Shown one piece after another: positions 61,601 through 64,000 of a DNA stretch of 64,000 bases (the stretch's first letter is position 1; each line of letters opens with the position of its first letter). A program made the translations under genes and the position numbers. The notes beneath the pieces were generated by a model. It saw only the letters and a program-made list of their open reading frames with translations. It did not search any database and was not told where the DNA came from. This DNA comes from an uncultured delta proteobacterium (GTDB lineage Bacteria > Desulfobacterota > Binatia > UBA9968): contig CAVXEP010000005.1 in NCBI GenBank assembly GCA_963760795.1, positions 32,001 through 96,000 on the forward strand, written 5' to 3'.

Positions 61601-62386
61601 ATGAAATCGTGGGCCGATTTTAAAGGTATCATGCCCTACGCCAATGATTTATTCGAATTTTACCAGCCCCTACTACACTGGAAATCACGTATTTTCGGCA
61701 ATCGTTTCGATAAATTTCGCAGCGCGATTTTTCCTAACCTTGCTGGGCAGGCGCGGTCTTCGCAGCGCGCGCCGTTGCAAGCGCAACTCGATCGGGTGAC
61801 CAGCACAGAATTGGCGACCGATACCGGACCTCAAGCGCTAAGTATCAGCGACCTCAAGCCGGTTGCCGTTGTCAGCCAGGCGCAGCCCGATCTCGAACCT
61901 ACTATCGACTGTGGGATTGCTCGGTTGTTACAACGCGACATCGGCAAAAACCCGTCGCGGGACTGGCGCTGCCGGATCACACCCGAGTCGATGCAAACGC
62001 TGCTGGAGCAGTTGAAAACCATTGTCGCCAAACCGACTGAATTGCAGAACTTTCCCGAGATCGCTGAGTACGTTCAACGCTTCACCCAGGGAATCGCGAT
62101 CACCGACCAAGCCTTGGCCATGCAATCCTTGTTCAACAAGGAAGCGCGCGTTTCAAGTTTTCTTCTCTTCCTTTCACGCCACAAGCCAAGTCAATTGAAC
62201 GAATTATTTTTTACGCGCGCCGCAGGCGGATCATCGTCCGGCGGTCTGACACTCACGGCTAGGACAGCTCGGCACTTGGGACAGACCGAGCCAACGGAAG
62301 TTCACCGACCGACGTCCACCGTTTTGGCGCCATCCAAGGGCGCGGATTGCTTACCGCCGGGAATGACTCGCCAACCCTTGAGCTGA
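61601..62386 (+). CDS. Hypothetical protein, probably 3'-truncated
   Basis: Open frame with AAGGA upstream of ATG 61601; globular-looking up to FFTR, then a low-complexity tail that overlaps the opposing gene. Confidence 0.5.
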   Translation: MKSWADFKGIMPYANDLFEFYQPLLHWKSRIFGNRFDKFRSAIFPNLAGQARSSQRAPLQAQLDRVTSTELATDTGPQALSISDLKPVAVVSQAQPDLEPTIDCGIARLLQRDIGKNPSRDWRCRITPESMQTLLEQLKTIVAKPTELQNFPEIAEYVQRFTQGIAITDQALAMQSLFNKEARVSSFLLFLSRHKPSQLNELFFTRAAGGSSSGGLTLTARTARHLGQTEPTEVHRPTSTVLAPSKGADCLPPGMTRQPLS

Positions 62387-62508
62387 TAGCCGCACACCGC
62401 ACAGTAGCCGGTAATCGGATGCTCGCCATCGCTGGTAGCACTTTGCAGTACGTCAACGTAGAGGTAGTCGCGGCACTTGGGGCAGGATCGATGGAGGTAT
62501 TTCGCCAT
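62302..62508 (-). CDS. Small zinc-ribbon protein, 68 aa
   Basis: MAKYLHRSCPKCRDYL...GYCAVCGY carries two CxxC pairs. Confidence 0.6.
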   Translation of the reverse strand: MAKYLHRSCPKCRDYLYVDVLQSATSDGEHPITGYCAVCGYQLKGWRVIPGGKQSAPLDGAKTVDVGR

Positions 62509-62695
62509 GGCGACCGACACATATCGCGGCGAGCACCGGCGAGTCAACTTGTGCGATTGAGGCGACGTCAGTTCAAGCCAACGGCGTTAACAGCTTTCGA
62601 CTTTGGTCTACCGTAGTGCCTCCTTAAATGAAGTCACTTCTTCGATCTAACCATTGGTTTCGAACTACCGAAGGATTCCGCAAATTATCACCGAT

Positions 62696-62760
62696 AGTAA
62701 TACGAAGAGCACGAAGTTCGGAGTTGGGTCATCCGGACCCTTCGTGACCTTTGCGATGAG
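62696..62760. repeat. ACGAAGAGCACGAAG...TTCGTG repeat, copy 2
   Basis: 29 bp identical to 57610-57638, followed by CCTTCGTG. Confidence 0.7.
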
Positions 62761-62989
62761 TTTTACTTCCCCGATAAACTACCGACATCGTGAGACACTC
62801 CATTAGTTTCTAAGACCGGTCTTTCTACCTTCCTTGGTTCTCTGATTACTTGACAGTTTGTTCGGCCAAGGACTACAAGTGGATTTCTAAGCGATCTCAG
62901 ATTGAGGGGCTATGATCTCAGGCCCCGAGCGCGCTAACACCAGCATGGACAGCTAACGTGCAGTGACTGCAAACAGAACAGGAGGCGTC

Positions 62990-64000
62990 ATGAAAAAACG
63001 GACTCTCCCTGGCGAGTACTTTCTCATGCTCCTGGTCGTTCTAAACGGTGCGTCGGTTTCCGCGGGCCACGCGCAAAGCGAGTCCTTTTATAAGGGAAAG
63101 ACCCTCAAAGTCCTGGTCGGAACCACTGCAGGTTCCTTTTATGATATCTGGGCGCGCACGGTTGCCGCCCATTTGCCGAGGCACATCCCAGGCAATCCGG
63201 ATTCGCTCGTTCAGAACATGCCTGGAGCGGGCCACAAGATTGCCACCAATTACATGTATAACGTGGCCAAGCCCGACGGCCTGACGATCGTCGGATCCAT
63301 TTTACCGGGAGTGTACATGGACCAGCTCGCGGGGCGGCCGGAGGTCAAATATGATTGGGCAAAGTTTGTCTGGATTGGCTCACCGGTCAAGAGTGAATCC
63401 CAGATGACCATGCGCGCGGACGCGCCCTACAAATCCATCGACGACATACGCAAGGCGAAAGAGCCGCCGCGCTGCGGCAGCACCGGCACTTCCGGCACGG
63501 ACTATATGCTGGCCCGGCTTCTCGAAGAAATTATGCCGCCCCTCAAGATCCACTCCGTGCTGGGATATCCGGGCGGGCCGGAGCTCGATCTCGGCATTGA
63601 GCGAGGCGAAATACAGTGCCGGACCTTTACGATCGAAACGTTTTTCGCGCGCGAGCCTTATATTACGTGGAAAAAGAAGGGCTTCGTTCGCAACCTCTAT
63701 CAAACCGGACGAAAACGCGATGCGCGCATGACCGATGTGCCGACGCTATATGAGGTCATGGACGGTTATAAGATACCCGAGGCTGGCCGGCGCCTGGCAA
63801 CCGTGATCCTCGCCAACGGCACTCTGGGCAGGCCGATATTCACTTCCCCCGGGACGCCGCCGGATCGGGTAAAGATGCTGCGCGAAGCCTTTGGAAAGAT
63901 GGTCAACGACCCGGCTTTTCTGGACGAGGTCAAGAAAAAAAACTTCGAGCTTGACCCGATCAGCGGCGAAGAGCTGGAAGTCATCGTCAAAGAGGTCATG
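62990..64000 (+). CDS. Tripartite tricarboxylate transporter substrate-binding protein (Bug/TctC); runs off the right edge
   Basis: Manual translation from ATG 62990 (AGGAGG RBS): signal peptide, FYKGKTLKVLVG, HIPGNP, NMPGAG, AKPDGLTI, LGYPGG and PGTPPDRV. Confidence 0.9.
   Translation, partial: MKKRTLPGEYFLMLLVVLNGASVSAGHAQSESFYKGKTLKVLVGTTAGSFYDIWARTVAAHLPRHIPGNPDSLVQNMPGAGHKIATNYMYNVAKPDGLTIVGSILPGVYMDQLAGRPEVKYDWAKFVWIGSPVKSESQMTMRADAPYKSIDDIRKAKEPPRCGSTGTSGTDYMLARLLEEIMPPLKIHSVLGYPGGPELDLGIERGEIQCRTFTIETFFAREPYITWKKKGFVRNLYQTGRKRDARMTDVPTLYEVMDGYKIPEAGRRLATVILANGTLGRPIFTSPGTPPDRVKMLREAFGKMVNDPAFLDEVKKKNFELDPISGEELEVIVKEVM

Overview
A GC-rich bacterial chromosomal segment with about 50 genes and no rRNA, tRNA, CRISPR array, transposase or phage module that I can support. 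The gene mix (five amidohydrolases, five solute-binding proteins with no cognate permease, family III CoA-transferases, MmgE/PrpD, F420 biosynthesis) resembles soil Binatota ('Deltaproteobacteria'-like) genomes; this is an inference, not an identification. In order: the 5' part of an NRPS (A-T-C-A..., running off the left edge); an ECF sigma / zinc anti-sigma / DUF3106 operon; an F420 operon (cofG-cofD-cofC-cofE-npdG); recD2, a CBS/CorC protein and hisC; a ~1,620-aa coiled-coil gene with six tandem 267-bp (89-aa) repeats followed by two overlapping KaiC/RAD55-like ATPase ORFs; clpB with a coupled unannotated 54-aa basic ORF; paired MFS and solute-binding genes; dinB; hemE-hemH-hemY; a CoA-transferase/PrpD/acyl-CoA synthetase cluster; an S1/P1 nuclease; RNase H; a C-terminally anchored AAA+ ATPase; CsbD; and a TctC-type protein running off the right edge. 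About 22 single-base indels split otherwise intact genes and are most simply read as long-read consensus errors. Intergenic DNA carries several short palindromic repeat families, some nested and some read in-frame. The best candidate for an undescribed system is the repeat-expanded coiled-coil protein with its atypical KaiC-like ATPases (23478-29924). Next are a 176-nt candidate structured RNA (17547-17722) and the small clpB-coupled ORF.
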